DNA of 64,000 nt. It comes from an uncultured delta proteobacterium. GTDB taxonomy: Bacteria; Myxococcota; UBA727; VGSZ01. The stretch spans positions 320,001-384,000 of the forward strand of contig CAVZJB010000016.1 in NCBI GenBank assembly GCA_963775425.1, given 5' to 3'. Positions 11,201 to 20,248 of the stretch are shown piece by piece. Within the stretch, counting starts at the first letter, position 1. Every line of letters starts with the position of its first letter. The notes beneath the pieces were generated by a model. It was not told the origin of the DNA and ran no database searches. It was given only the letters and a program-made list of their open reading frames with translations. The translations under genes were made by a program, and so were the position numbers.

Positions 11201-14200
11201 GGCCTCGTCGGCGCCGGTCCCCGGCATCTCGGCGACGAGGAGCTCGAGCCACAGCCCGTCGTCGTCCTTCTTGCGGCAGCGGCGCAGGCGCGCGGCGCGG
11301 GCGTCCTCGGGGAGACCGGCGGCGCGGGCGGCGGCCTCCCACACGTCGAGGATGCGGCCGGCGAGCCCCGGCGGCTCGGCACCGGCCTCCACGATGTCCT
11401 TGAGGATGGGCGCCGCGCGCTCGGCGCCGGCGCCGCCGCCGGCGACGTCGAGGAGCAGCGCGACGCGCTCCGGACTCGCGCCGAAGCGCTCGACGAGGTC
11501 GGCGGCGCGCCGCGCGGCGTCGTCGAGGCGGCCGCGGCGGCGGTCGAGCCCGACGAGCAGGCCGAGCGTGGCCGCGTCGGCGGCGCCGCTCGCGCCGAGC
11601 TTCTCGAGCGCGGCGGCCTCAGTGTCGGTGTCACCCTCGAGCGCCGCCACCTCGGTGACGAGGAGCCACGCCGCGGGCGTATCGAGCTCGCGCGCGAGCG
11701 CGACGGCGGCGTCGCTCTTGCCGAGGAGCGCGAGCAGGCCGGCCTTGGCGAGCTCGTCGTCGACGACGTCGACCTGCGCCTCCACGAGGCCTTCGGCCGC
11801 GGCCAGGCGATAGGCGGCCTCGCGCAGGGAGCGGTCGCCGCCCGCGGCGCCGCCGAGGAGGATGGAGAAGGCGCCCTGGGCATCCTTGAGCGCCGTCATG
11901 CGGTGCTCCGCGCGACGTCGCACCACCTCGCTGCGCGCCTCGCTGCCGGCGGAGCGCTCGGCGGCCTCGGCCATCAGCTCGTCGATGACGTCGTGCAGGC
12001 CGGACGCCTGCGCGATGCCCAACGCCTCCGCCTGCACGCCTTCGTCGTCGGGCGCGCACCGGGCGAACGCGAGGAGCGCCCTGTCGAGCCCGACCTCCGA
12101 GAGCTGGCTCGTCGACGAGCGCAACAGCCCCTCGACGGCCTTCTTTCTGTGCTTGAGCGCTTCGGGGCCCACGGGCAGCGCGTCGGCGGCGCGCGTCGAC
12201 CACTCGGCGGCGTCGAAGGCGCCGAGGTGCCACGCGACCTCGGCCCGCGACGAGAGCGTCTCGGCGTCGACCACGGCGCCGCCGGCGGTGCGCGCGTCGA
12301 TGGTGCCGTCCAGGGCGAACGCGGCCTCGCGCCAGCGCTCGGCGCGGAGCGCGACGGCGGCCGCCGCGTGGAGCTCGGTCTGCCGGGCGTCTTCGGGGAG
12401 CGACGCCGACAACGCGAGGCGCAGGGCCAGGCGCTCGGGCGTGAGCCGCAGGTGGCTCGCGCGCCGCGCGGCGCGGGCGACGTCGTCGGCCCGCACGCCG
12501 TTTTGACGCGTGAGCTGGTCGAGGCGAGCGGTGCCGCGGGCGGCGTCGCCGACGCGCACGGCCGCGACGACGGCGGCGGAGGTCTGCGCCTGACGGCGGA
12601 CGGCGCGGCGCGCGTGCTCCTCGAGGAGCGCGCGGGCGGCGACCCCGGTGCGATCGTCGACGGCCTGGGCGAGCGCCTCGGCGGCCTCGCCCGAGAGCGC
12701 GGCGTCGCGCGCGGCGGCGACCGCGGCGTCGGCGTCGCTGATGCGGACGGCGCGGCGGAAGGCGACCAGCGCGGCGCGGCGGCGGTCGTCGTCGTTGCGG
12801 GCGGACGCCACCAGGCGCTCGACGTCGCCCGCGGCGCGCCGGGGGCCCGCGATGCGCCAACGACGGCGCGCGGCGGCGACGCCGAACGCGTCCGCGGCGT
12901 CGACGCCGGCGGCGAACAGCGCGTCGGACAGCTCGAGCGCGCCGGCGCTGCCGAGCGCGCCGGCGCCGGCGGCGAGGCCGAGGAGGAACGCGGCGCGGCG
13001 CCCGTCGTCGAGGGCGAGCGCGGCCAGCGCGGCCGACGACGGCCCGCCGGACGGAGGCGCCCCGCCGCCCCCGCCGAGCTCGACGCCCCCACCGCCGTCG
13101 CCCCCACCGAGCTCGACGCCCGCGGGCGCGCCGACGTCGACGGCCGCGGGGGCCTCCGTGCTGAGGTCGATGCGGGCAGGCGCGCCCGCGGCTGTGGCCC
13201 CGGCGAGAGACGACGCCGTCGCCACCGCCACCGCCTCCGCGATGCGCCGCTCGGGGGACATGGCGGCGTCGAAGATGGCGCGGGCGCGGTGGCGGGCGCG
13301 GTCCTCGTCGGTGGCGAGCACCAGGTGCGCGTGCACGCGCGCGGCAGGGTCCACGGCGTCGGGCTCGATCGCCAGGAGCGCCTCGGCGTCGAGGGGGTCG
13401 GGCGCGCGCGCCATCTCCGCCGCGAGGAACGCGCCGAGGGCCGCGCTGCCGCGCTCCTCGTGGATGCGCCGCTCGAGGACCTTGAGCTCCCCGTCCGCGC
13501 CGCCGCCGGCCTGAAGCTCGGCGCGCACCTCGACGAGCTGATCGAGCGCCTCCTCGCCGCGGTGCATCTCGAGGAGCAGCGCCGCCCGCCGCCGCACGAT
13601 CTCGCGCTTCTCGATCCCCGCGGAGCGCTCGGCGCGCCGCCCGAGCGCCTCGGCGAGGCGCGGCTTGTCGCCGAGCGCATCGAGGCACTCGAGCAGCTCG
13701 CCCCACGCCTCGCGGTCATCGGGGTCCTCGTCGACGAGCGCCTGCAGGTGCGTCACCGCGCGCGCCTCGTCGTCGAGGCCGGTGCGCAACACGCTCACGA
13801 GCTCGAGGCGCAGCGCGCGCCGCAGGGCGGCCCGCTTGTCGCCGGCGCCGTCTCCCGCCTCGGGGCGGCCCGCCTCCGCGTCGGCCGCGGCGATGGCGTC
13901 CTCGAGCACCAGCGCCACCGCGTCCCACGCCTCGGCGTCGCGCAGCAGCACCAGCGCCTGCCCGCGCAGGTCGGCGCGGTCGACGAGCGACGGCCTGAGC
14001 TCGTGCAGGCGGCCGAGCACGGCGCTGTCGGCGCCCGGCCCCGACAAGAGCGCCTCCGCGGCCGTCTGGCGGAGCACGGCGCGCCTCCCCTCGTCGTCGA
14101 CGCGCTCGGCCAGCGCCCACATGCGGTCGGCGGCGCGCAGCCCCTGGCCCGCGGACGCCTCGCGCTCCGCCGCCGCGAGCACGACGTCGACGTCGCCCGG

Positions 14201-17200
14201 GCACGCGTCGGCGAGCGCCACGAGCACGCCGTCTTCGAGGCGCCCGTCGCGCAGGCTCTCGGCGGTGAACGCGTCGCGCAGCGCCGACGCCGAAGCCGGC
14301 GTGCCGAGAGAGAAAGGCCCGGGCTCTGCGCCCGTGGACGGCAGCGCGTGCGCGCGCCCGAGGAGCGCCTGCGCGGCCAGCGTGGGCTCCGCGGTGGCCG
14401 CCCGCGCGACGAGAGAGCGCACGCGCTCGTCGGGCGTGGCGCCCGCGTCGAGCGCCGCGAGCACGTCCTCGAGCGCGGCGCTCGTGTCCTCACCCGCGCC
14501 GAAGCGCAGCTCGGCGCGCCGCACGAGGTCGGCGGCGTCGAGGGAGTCGTTGCGCGACCCCATCTCGTCGAGGAGGGCGAGCGCGGTGTCGGTGTCGCCG
14601 GCGGCCTCCGCGCAGGCGAGCGTCTCCTTGCGCAGCTCGGCGTCGGTGCGGATGGCGCGCGCCTTGTCGAGGAGCTTGACCGCGGCGCCGGCGTCGCCGA
14701 GGCGATCGCGGCTGTCGCGCGCGCACGACAACAGGCGTGCGAAGCGCTCGTCGTCGTCGCCGGCGTCGAGGAGCAACAGCGCGTCCGCCGCCGCCCGCGC
14801 CTCCGCCGGCCGCGACAGATCGCGGGCGAGGCGCTCGACGGCCCGCAGGCTCTCGACGTCGCCGGGGAGGCGCTCCGCCCTGCCTTGCCACGCGCCGAGC
14901 GCGGTGTCGGCGCGGCCGCACTTCTCGGCGGCGAGCGCGAGCCGCCCGAGGAGCGCCACCCGCTCCTCGGCCTCCGCCGCCAGCGGCAACAGCCGCTCGA
15001 GCGAGGCGACGGCGACGTCGAAGCGCGACAGCTCTTCGGCGATGCGCGCGCGTCGCATCTCGGCCGGCCGTGACAGCTCGCGGCTGCCGGCCGCGATCTC
15101 CTCGAGGAGCTCGAGCGCGCGGGTGCGATCCTTGGCGTCGTCGAGGAGCTGCGCGGCGCGCTCGATGACGGCCTTGCGGTCGCCGAGGGCGCGCGTGCCG
15201 TCCGGGCTGCGCTGCAGCGCCGAGAGCAGGAGCGAGGCGGCGGCGCCGGGATCGTCGAGCTCTTCGTCGAGGCCGACGAGGTCGTCGACGAGGCCGTCGG
15301 CGTCCTCGTGAGCCATCACGTCGGCGTCCTCGAGGGCGGCCTCGAGCGTGCGCCGGGCCTCCTTCTTCTGCCCGAGCGGCCCGGACTCGAGCACGGCCTT
15401 CCGGCGCAGGAGCGCGATGCGCTCCTCGACGGGGATGCTGCGCGCGAGGAGCTTGCCGAGGGCGTCGACGGCGGCGGTGTCGGCGCCGCTGTCGGCGAGG
15501 GCGCCGGCGTAGCGGCGCAGGACGTCGGTGCTGTCGGCGAGCGCGAGCGACTGCGCGCACAGGTCGGCGGCGAGCGCGGGGTCGTGCACCTCCTCGTCGG
15601 CGCGGGCGGCGAGCAACGCGTAGGCGGACGCGCGGGCGGCGCCCTCCAGGGCGGCGTCGGCCCAGGCGCGGTCGACGTCGAGCGCGCCCCGCAGGTCACC
15701 GCCGTCGCGCAACCAGCGCGACAGCGAGCGCGCCGCGGTCCGAAGCGTGGGATCGACCTCGAGGCACTGGCGGCGGGCCTCGGCGGCGCCGGCGGCGTCG
15801 TGCAGGAGCTCGTCGAGGATCTCCGCGCGCGTCTCGAGGAGCAGCGCCTTCTCGGTGATGCGCGCGCGCTCGAGGAGCTGGTCGACGGCGTCGAGGGCGG
15901 ACGGGCCGTCGCCGAGGGCGCGGTGCAGATCGACGCGGACGCGCGTGTGCTTCTGCGGCTTTTTGTCGTGCGTCTCGGCGAAGCGGAACGCGGCGAGCGC
16001 GAGGCGCGTGCGCCCGACGAAGCCGTAGAGGTACGCGCCCGCCTCCGCCGCCTGCTCGGCGGCCAGCGGGCCGTCCGCGAGCGTCTGCGCGGCGGCGAGC
16101 CGGGCGCGCACGACGAGGCGGTGGTTCTTGGTGACGCGCGCGAGATCGAGGAGGCGATCGAGCGCGTCGCCCGAGTACGGCGCGCTCTTCAAGGCGCGCA
16201 GCCAGATGTCGCGCGCGTCTCTGTGGCGGTCGAGGCGCAGGGCAGCGTCGCCGGCGCGCAGCCAGAGATCGGTGCGCTCGGCGCCGGGCTTGAGGCGGTC
16301 GCCGCGGCGCAGGCACTCGTCGAGGAGGCCGCCGTCGTCGCCGAGCTCGCCGAGGAGCGCCTGCAGGTGGCGGCTCGCCTGGGCGTCGTCGGGGGCGTGG
16401 CGCAGGTGACCGCGCCAGGCGTCGGCGGCGGCGGGCTTGTTCTTGAGCTGGTCTTCTTCGAGGGAGGCGATGCGCGAGTAGAGCCCCGCGAGCTGCTCGT
16501 CGGTGCCGCCGAGCTCGATGCGCGCGCCGAGGACGTCGACGGCGTTCTGCGTGCGCCCGGCCTCGCCGTAGAGGTCGGCGAGCCGTTCGAGCTCGACGGC
16601 GCGCGCCTGGCCGGCGCCGGTGCCGAGCGCCAGCTCGCGCGCCCGGATCTCGACGGCGACGTCGCCCTTCTTCTGCGCGGCGCCGGCGAGCTTGTCGAGG
16701 AGCGCCGCGAGCGCGGCGCCGGTGGCGCGGGCCGCGTCGCCCTCGGCGGCGCTTCCATCCGCGGCGCCGTCCCCCTCGGCGCGGCAGGCCTTCTCGAGCC
16801 GATCGAGCGCGTACGCGAGCTCTCCGCGGCCGAGGAGCTCCGGGATGAGCGACGACAGCGCGCTGTCGGAGCGCGGGTCCTCGTCGAGCCAGAGGCCGAG
16901 CGCGGTGCGCCCGCGCCCGGAGTCGATGGCGAGCAGCGCGCGCGCGCGCTGGGCGTGCACCGCGACGCGCGCGGCGGCGTCGACGTCGTGGCGGCCGAGG
17001 AGCGCGCGCGCGGCGGTGTCGATGGCGCCGGCGTCCTGCACCGCCACCGCGAGGGAGAACGCCTTGTGTGCGACCGCCCCGTCGGCGGCCGCGGCGCCCG
17101 TGGCGTCGAGCAAGCGCTTGAGGGCGCCGGGCGCGTCGCCGGCGGCCTCGAGGATGCCGGCGGCCTCGAGCAGCCAGGCCCCGCGGCCGTGACGGACGCC

Positions 17201-19963
17201 GGCGTCGGCGAGCACGTCGGCGGCCTGCGACGGAGGCAGCGCCCGCGCCTCGCTCAAGTACATCTCGACGTCCTCGAGCTGCTCGCCGCGCGCGGCGAGC
17301 ACGCCCGCCAGGCGCAACCGGGCGGTGGGGTCGTCGGTGAGGGCCGCCACGGCCGCGCGCAACGGCCCCGAAGGGACGTTGTGCACCTCGGCGTCGTCAC
17401 GGCGCAGCACCGCCGCGAGCCGGGACCCGTCCTGCGACGCGAGCGCCGCCTCGAGCCACGCGCCCACGTCGACGGAGCCCTTGTCCGCCGCCTCCTGCAG
17501 CGCGTCGGCCGCCGCGCCCGGGCCGCGGCCGCCGTCGCGCATGTGCAGCGCGCCCAGGCGCCGGAGCGCCAGCGCCGCCTTCTGCGGGTCGTCCTCGAGG
17601 AGCGGCAGCAGCCGCTCGCGCTCCTCGATCTCGAGCGCGGTCTCGCCCGCGGCGTCGGCGAACGACGCGCGCAGCTCCAGGCTCTGCTTGTCGTCGCGCG
17701 CCGCGAGCAGCGCGTGCGCGTCGCGCGGGCGGCCGGCGCCGGCGAGCTTTTGCGCCACGGCGTGGAGCTGCTCGACGGGCACGTCCGCCGCGCGGGCGCC
17801 GACGGCGCTCACGAGCCCGGCGGCGTTCGGCGCGTCCGGTGCGGCGGCGAGCGCCGCGGCCACCGCCTGCGCGTCCTGCGGGAACGCGCGCACGAGCGCG
17901 TCGGCGGCGTCGTCGACGCGGCCGGCGGCGACGAAGAGGCGCGCGGCCTCGATGCGCTTGGCGCTCGGCGACAGCGAGGGCGGCGTGCTGCCGCCGGCGG
18001 TGTCGGTGTCGGCCTCGGCGAGCAACAGCTCCGCGAGCGGGCCCGGCGCCCCGAGCAGCGCCTGCGCCTCGGCGTCGATGCGCTTCACCGCGGCGGTGGC
18101 GTCAACCGGCGGCACGCGCGCGATGAGCGCCCGCGCCCGCTCCGCGTCTCCGGCCCCGGCGCGCTTGACGAGCAGGCGCGCGGCGAAGACCAAGGGCTCC
18201 GCGGGCGCGTCCTCCGCGTCGACCGCCTCGCGCAACACGTCGAGCGCGCGCTCCGGCGTGTCCTCCATCAAGCCCGCGAGGCGCACGGCGACGATGGGGT
18301 CGGCGGGCCGGAGCTCGCGCGCGTTGGCGAGGTGCATGCGCGCCGCCTCGCGATCGCCGCGGGCCTCCGCGAGCCGGGCGGCGAGGATCTCGACGTCGGC
18401 GCGGGCGGCGCTGTCGTCCTCGACGACGACGAGGAGGCGCGTGAGCAGCTCGGCCGCGCGCTCGAGCGCCCCGGCCTCCACCTCGACGTCGATGAGGGCG
18501 ACGAGGGCGTCCTTGCGATCCGCGCGGCGCAGCGCCCGGCGCAACAACACGCGCGCGGAGTCGATGCCCTCGACCCGCTTGGCGAGCGCGGCGAGCTCGA
18601 CGGCGAACGCGTCGGCGGCGGCGGGGTCCTCGGCGCGCTCGAGGGCGGTGCGGCCGGTGGCGAGCGCGCGCGCGAATTCGCCGGCCTCGGCGAGGAGCCG
18701 GGCGGTGAGCGTGCCCGTCTCGGGGACGCTCGGGTCGGCGAGGAACGCGGCCTCGGCGCAGGAGAGCGCGAGGGCGTCGTCGCCGGCGTTCTTGGCGATG
18801 CTCGCGGCGACGAGGAAGGCGCGCGCGGCGACCCAGGGCTCGTCGGCGAGGTCGGCGGCCTTGCCGAGCGCCTGCAGGCGGTGCGCGCGCTCCGCGGGCT
18901 CCTTGCCCTCCTGCTCCGCGTGCGCGGCGAGGAGGCCGAGGTGCTCCGGCGCCTTCTGCAGCGCGGCGTCGAGGAGGTCGTCCCCCTCGGCGCGGCGCCG
19001 CGGATCGGTTCGGAGCACTTCGGCGGCGAACGGGACGACGCTCGGCGACAGCGCGCCCTCGTCATTGAGCTTGTCGACGAGCGCGATGCGCGCCTCGTCG
19101 CTGTCGGCGCCGACGAGGCCGTCGGCGAACACCGCGAGCGCCACGGCCTCCTCGAGCGGCCCGCGCTTCTGGTTGCGCGGCGCCTTCCAACCCTCGGGGA
19201 GCTCGCGCGCCCACGCGCGCAGGGTGACCTCGCCCTTGCCGAGGACGACCTCGTGGACGCGCACGTCGCCGACGGCGGGGACCTTCCAGCCGTACTGCGG
19301 CAAGAGCCGGCCGAGGACGGCGCGGAACGGATCGGCGCGGCGGACCATGGCGCGCGCGGGGAGCGCGCCCGGCAGATGCAGCGCATCGAGGAGCGACTGC
19401 GCGATGGCGGCGCGCGGCCGCGGCAGCGGCGAGAAGGAGATGACCTCGTGAAGCACGAGGGCGACGCCGGCCTCGCCGACGGGCGCGAAGATGCCGCGCG
19501 CGCGGATGGGCACGGGGCCCGCGGGGCCCTGCATCTCGACGAGGAGCTCGATGCCGCCGGCGCGCGCGCGCTCGCGTGCGAGGACGAAGCCCGCGGCCTT
19601 GAGCTTGTCGGAGACGTAGAGCGACGCGTGGCTGAGCGTGAGCTCGATGGCGCGCAGCGTGAGGCGGCGGTTCCTGAACTGCTGCGGGCCGCCGGAGACG
19701 TTCAGCGGGTAGTCGACGTCGGGGACCTCGAAGAGCGCGCGCGCGACGCCGACGCCGGGCTCGACGGTCTTGTCCTTGAGCGCGAGCAGCGTGCGCCCCG
19801 CCTCGAAGCGCAGGTCGAAGCCGAGCTGCTCGGGGGCGCCGAGCGCCTGGGGCGTGGGGTCCTCGGGCGCCGCCGACGACGACGGATCGCGCGGCTGCAC
19901 CGGCAGCGTGGGCAGGCTCTTGTCCTTGCCCTTGTCCCCGTTCTTCCCGTCGCCAGCGCCCAC
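5234..19963 (-). CDS. Giant (~4,900 aa) TPR/alpha-solenoid protein with an N-terminal beta-rich domain and a C-terminal inactive zincin (M48)-like domain
   Basis: Uninterrupted ORF with strong GC3 bias and dozens of TPR-like helical pairs (e.g. ALEIDPDDADTL, VLELVPDHEGAL, AFELDPANVQVL). The likely start is GTG at 19963; the track's extension to 20095 runs through a repeat cluster. Confidence 0.85.
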   Translation of the reverse strand: MGAGDGKNGDKGKDKSLPTLPVQPRDPSSSAAPEDPTPQALGAPEQLGFDLRFEAGRTLLALKDKTVEPGVGVARALFEVPDVDYPLNVSGGPQQFRNRRLTLRAIELTLSHASLYVSDKLKAAGFVLARERARAGGIELLVEMQGPAGPVPIRARGIFAPVGEAGVALVLHEVISFSPLPRPRAAIAQSLLDALHLPGALPARAMVRRADPFRAVLGRLLPQYGWKVPAVGDVRVHEVVLGKGEVTLRAWARELPEGWKAPRNQKRGPLEEAVALAVFADGLVGADSDEARIALVDKLNDEGALSPSVVPFAAEVLRTDPRRRAEGDDLLDAALQKAPEHLGLLAAHAEQEGKEPAERAHRLQALGKAADLADEPWVAARAFLVAASIAKNAGDDALALSCAEAAFLADPSVPETGTLTARLLAEAGEFARALATGRTALERAEDPAAADAFAVELAALAKRVEGIDSARVLLRRALRRADRKDALVALIDVEVEAGALERAAELLTRLLVVVEDDSAARADVEILAARLAEARGDREAARMHLANARELRPADPIVAVRLAGLMEDTPERALDVLREAVDAEDAPAEPLVFAARLLVKRAGAGDAERARALIARVPPVDATAAVKRIDAEAQALLGAPGPLAELLLAEADTDTAGGSTPPSLSPSAKRIEAARLFVAAGRVDDAADALVRAFPQDAQAVAAALAAAPDAPNAAGLVSAVGARAADVPVEQLHAVAQKLAGAGRPRDAHALLAARDDKQSLELRASFADAAGETALEIEERERLLPLLEDDPQKAALALRRLGALHMRDGGRGPGAAADALQEAADKGSVDVGAWLEAALASQDGSRLAAVLRRDDAEVHNVPSGPLRAAVAALTDDPTARLRLAGVLAARGEQLEDVEMYLSEARALPPSQAADVLADAGVRHGRGAWLLEAAGILEAAGDAPGALKRLLDATGAAAADGAVAHKAFSLAVAVQDAGAIDTAARALLGRHDVDAAARVAVHAQRARALLAIDSGRGRTALGLWLDEDPRSDSALSSLIPELLGRGELAYALDRLEKACRAEGDGAADGSAAEGDAARATGAALAALLDKLAGAAQKKGDVAVEIRARELALGTGAGQARAVELERLADLYGEAGRTQNAVDVLGARIELGGTDEQLAGLYSRIASLEEDQLKNKPAAADAWRGHLRHAPDDAQASRHLQALLGELGDDGGLLDECLRRGDRLKPGAERTDLWLRAGDAALRLDRHRDARDIWLRALKSAPYSGDALDRLLDLARVTKNHRLVVRARLAAAQTLADGPLAAEQAAEAGAYLYGFVGRTRLALAAFRFAETHDKKPQKHTRVRVDLHRALGDGPSALDAVDQLLERARITEKALLLETRAEILDELLHDAAGAAEARRQCLEVDPTLRTAARSLSRWLRDGGDLRGALDVDRAWADAALEGAARASAYALLAARADEEVHDPALAADLCAQSLALADSTDVLRRYAGALADSGADTAAVDALGKLLARSIPVEERIALLRRKAVLESGPLGQKKEARRTLEAALEDADVMAHEDADGLVDDLVGLDEELDDPGAAASLLLSALQRSPDGTRALGDRKAVIERAAQLLDDAKDRTRALELLEEIAAGSRELSRPAEMRRARIAEELSRFDVAVASLERLLPLAAEAEERVALLGRLALAAEKCGRADTALGAWQGRAERLPGDVESLRAVERLARDLSRPAEARAAADALLLLDAGDDDERFARLLSCARDSRDRLGDAGAAVKLLDKARAIRTDAELRKETLACAEAAGDTDTALALLDEMGSRNDSLDAADLVRRAELRFGAGEDTSAALEDVLAALDAGATPDERVRSLVARAATAEPTLAAQALLGRAHALPSTGAEPGPFSLGTPASASALRDAFTAESLRDGRLEDGVLVALADACPGDVDVVLAAAEREASAGQGLRAADRMWALAERVDDEGRRAVLRQTAAEALLSGPGADSAVLGRLHELRPSLVDRADLRGQALVLLRDAEAWDAVALVLEDAIAAADAEAGRPEAGDGAGDKRAALRRALRLELVSVLRTGLDDEARAVTHLQALVDEDPDDREAWGELLECLDALGDKPRLAEALGRRAERSAGIEKREIVRRRAALLLEMHRGEEALDQLVEVRAELQAGGGADGELKVLERRIHEERGSAALGAFLAAEMARAPDPLDAEALLAIEPDAVDPAARVHAHLVLATDEDRARHRARAIFDAAMSPERRIAEAVAVATASSLAGATAAGAPARIDLSTEAPAAVDVGAPAGVELGGGDGGGGVELGGGGGAPPSGGPSSAALAALALDDGRRAAFLLGLAAGAGALGSAGALELSDALFAAGVDAADAFGVAAARRRWRIAGPRRAAGDVERLVASARNDDDRRRAALVAFRRAVRISDADAAVAAARDAALSGEAAEALAQAVDDRTGVAARALLEEHARRAVRRQAQTSAAVVAAVRVGDAARGTARLDQLTRQNGVRADDVARAARRASHLRLTPERLALRLALSASLPEDARQTELHAAAAVALRAERWREAAFALDGTIDARTAGGAVVDAETLSSRAEVAWHLGAFDAAEWSTRAADALPVGPEALKHRKKAVEGLLRSSTSQLSEVGLDRALLAFARCAPDDEGVQAEALGIAQASGLHDVIDELMAEAAERSAGSEARSEVVRRRAEHRMTALKDAQGAFSILLGGAAGGDRSLREAAYRLAAAEGLVEAQVDVVDDELAKAGLLALLGKSDAAVALARELDTPAAWLLVTEVAALEGDTDTEAAALEKLGASGAADAATLGLLVGLDRRRGRLDDAARRAADLVERFGASPERVALLLDVAGGGAGAERAAPILKDIVEAGAEPPGLAGRILDVWEAAARAAGLPEDARAARLRRCRKKDDDGLWLELLVAEMPGTGADEAALWLRPLLLRRGLFQKLVEAGPRGLAEAVGVLVMSGDAALVVDALGALDDAGGSTPPVDAASPPEPLAWPLRSELASALAVLGRPADAARVLLRGVVDEGSRGRRATRAAQLFLDAGDVPGAVEALLAAPLAEADDELVSLARDVATQAGGDGAPLLVRTALVTADEGDVEAALGLATQAAPDVARAVAGWRLRADPTDHRAWQLAAMHPGGAQQHFAVALALRGRGAWPADLVDDAARAHRLRDGMLPPHVARAWVEAKAGRAAEPKELGLDAPALLARARRGSADERKVAWRALAARAAIDKDDVAAARMLARAGVPMSEAPIEVRLAADPELATPSARIAAIAAAAVSDEVLGDPGRRRALVAAFDELDDKGYAGAALRQEVHGARRGLPGLIDGLDSASTGAASTGGASTGGAAADLAGALSGADASPASGSGGAVDARAVLRALGRRPSAAQRATAAALLAVSSAPGGAGGARGALARLLDPRMFATVREEPGAADLEARARAHADAHRFAEAAGLLRLVAALAGYDAARERDIQELAEKGGRVDLVVESLGRMAGAAPDAVERAGLLRERALVRAGQKEMLQAASKDARGAFAIVPDDVDSARLWLQLAEMAGDDRDVADALGAVAATTEKPAEKSESVARRVRLLVESLKDNDAALVAVDESLAVLPGDAALLEERARVLAALAAAAAGRAAERAAGDDDRGDDGDVRELFASAARAFDDAAREREPAARGPLRRSGADAWLGAGDAEEAVATLCTAAAEGDAEALGVAEPLARERCGPGSLAKVLELLLGVVEEPQRRRVLTLERARLLAESLADRHSAIALLEAQAVADAHDVGARLALAEWYLEGRRVLDAALAYESAAKIPGLPPMAVGPAAREAACLLASLGDLERAGPLAETAIADGVIDHRVLAVAAAWHRAHGRFADVDQLLGREIDLEPDPFAQATMWMERADLRREKLEDDVGARKAIHRVLELVPDHEGALDAMRVDAEREGTWGPLRAALFRAADFAGKKDFQKARMREIAVLDADRFQDLKAAEATVDRALEIDPDDADTLVLKARLLVRGGHVDGVPALIERAEQGGARELPGILQLVRGDGLLISGDRDGAREAFIKASRDPETSAKAWDRLIDLADGTPHFALTLEEARLASDDKKRQATLLKKEARARQKGGDDDGQVACLEQLLALEPGDTDSLRVVRDVYTRKRKLQPLLPLLSAWARSLDREHFGSERARRLGELGTFVLDELGNEQLARETFEEALSVDPDENTALLRLADIAWAARDDERALEILDRIQPAQWPRDPVDLVYRRARCAYALGRDDAQERLRAVLRLDAKHQDALEMLVKLALQKKDDDAAELALEALTSAIPAREDPVRAAQAYVELANLRGRLSRWNEAVVAAERAFELDPANVQVLEVVAVARDESGKHLEAAEVWRRLASTRVGAARMKALESRAQSLHNGGRVADAVEVLIELRRETGEQRFREQAEAWAQQSGDRAVMKKVGLKPPPPPPGVAATASDPPEITSTQTMTSDSDRAAKHGFNALHLQVRANLSENDPKTALDLVEQAVAQGAADLELLQLGVEAAEKGNQPQRLVDLVDNRLKSATDPVEIKQLARAAAQVAKERLVDLDRAAGLLYQAHQADAEDVEVRLDLTRMYAQIPRLASHAVTGILQLLRRTPSDARVFALAADLAESQQQGERARAMRAVESILRGKGVPQEINKNLLDERPQLSPLDAESIQARMAPTGWNGPMQQLLAVLGAAAETVFGDAAPPADAVPLHEKSPRGALALDRLERILAGRPFRVLVGNVDRLTVVPGAAPAVVLPLDLLSLGDTALLAGVARAYGIVRLGAVLPEILKPGDDVALVNIIRNAFGNAPDAHGQRMLSRLREDELRVARGLAHQAVANSADIAGTMSILQRAADRFALVVSGSVVATLHAGALPSLMREPPQRAASILQGSSRGLELAAFAARDNAWLLRRQHGLSS

Positions 19964-20017
19964 GGGGCGGACCCTACTACGGCCCCCGCTCGCGCCGGAA
20001 ATCCCTCGATGTGGCCC

Positions 20018-20156
20018 GTCGGGCGGGGGCTTGTCCCCCGCCTCGTCCCGACACCGGACGTCGGGCGGGGGCTCGTCCCCGCCTCGTCCCGACACCGGAC
20101 GCGGCGCGCGCTTGTCCCCCGCCCCGTCATGTCGGGCGGGCGCTCGTCCCCCGCCT
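20018..20156. repeat. Cluster of REP-like palindromic repeats: two near-identical 41-42 bp units plus two degenerate units
   Basis: Core GTCGGGCGGGGGCT(T/C)GTCCCC(C)GCC at 20018, 20060, ~20101 (degenerate) and 20131. Each core can fold as a hairpin. Confidence 0.8.
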
Positions 20157-20214
20157 GGTCATGCACCGCCCTGATCGCGTCCGGATGCGCCGGATCCCGG
20201 AATTCGCCCGCATC

Positions 20215-20242
20215 TTGACACTGTCATTGACAGTGTTATGAT
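20215..20242 (+). promoter_or_regulatory. Sigma70-type promoter (TTGACA-16-TATGAT) overlapped by the perfect inverted repeat ACACTGTCA-T-TGACAGTGT (probable operator)
   Basis: TTGACA at 20215-20220, TATGAT at 20237-20242, palindrome at 20218-20236. The ATG lies 6 nt after the -10 and has no SD. Confidence 0.8.
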
Positions 20243-20248
20243 GAGACC

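Noticed and set aside
5177-15073. 3,298-aa plus-strand ORF, plus the 1,636-aa ORF at 15308-20218 and other >1,000-aa antisense ORFs (35019-38648, 44304-49136, 48116-52696)
   Set aside because: These are antisense shadows of real genes. High GC3 suppresses stop codons on the opposite strand, and the translations have no recognisable motifs.
20018-20156. Possible mini-CRISPR array
   Set aside because: The repeats are directly adjacent with no unique spacers, and there are no cas genes. It is better explained as a REP-like tandem.
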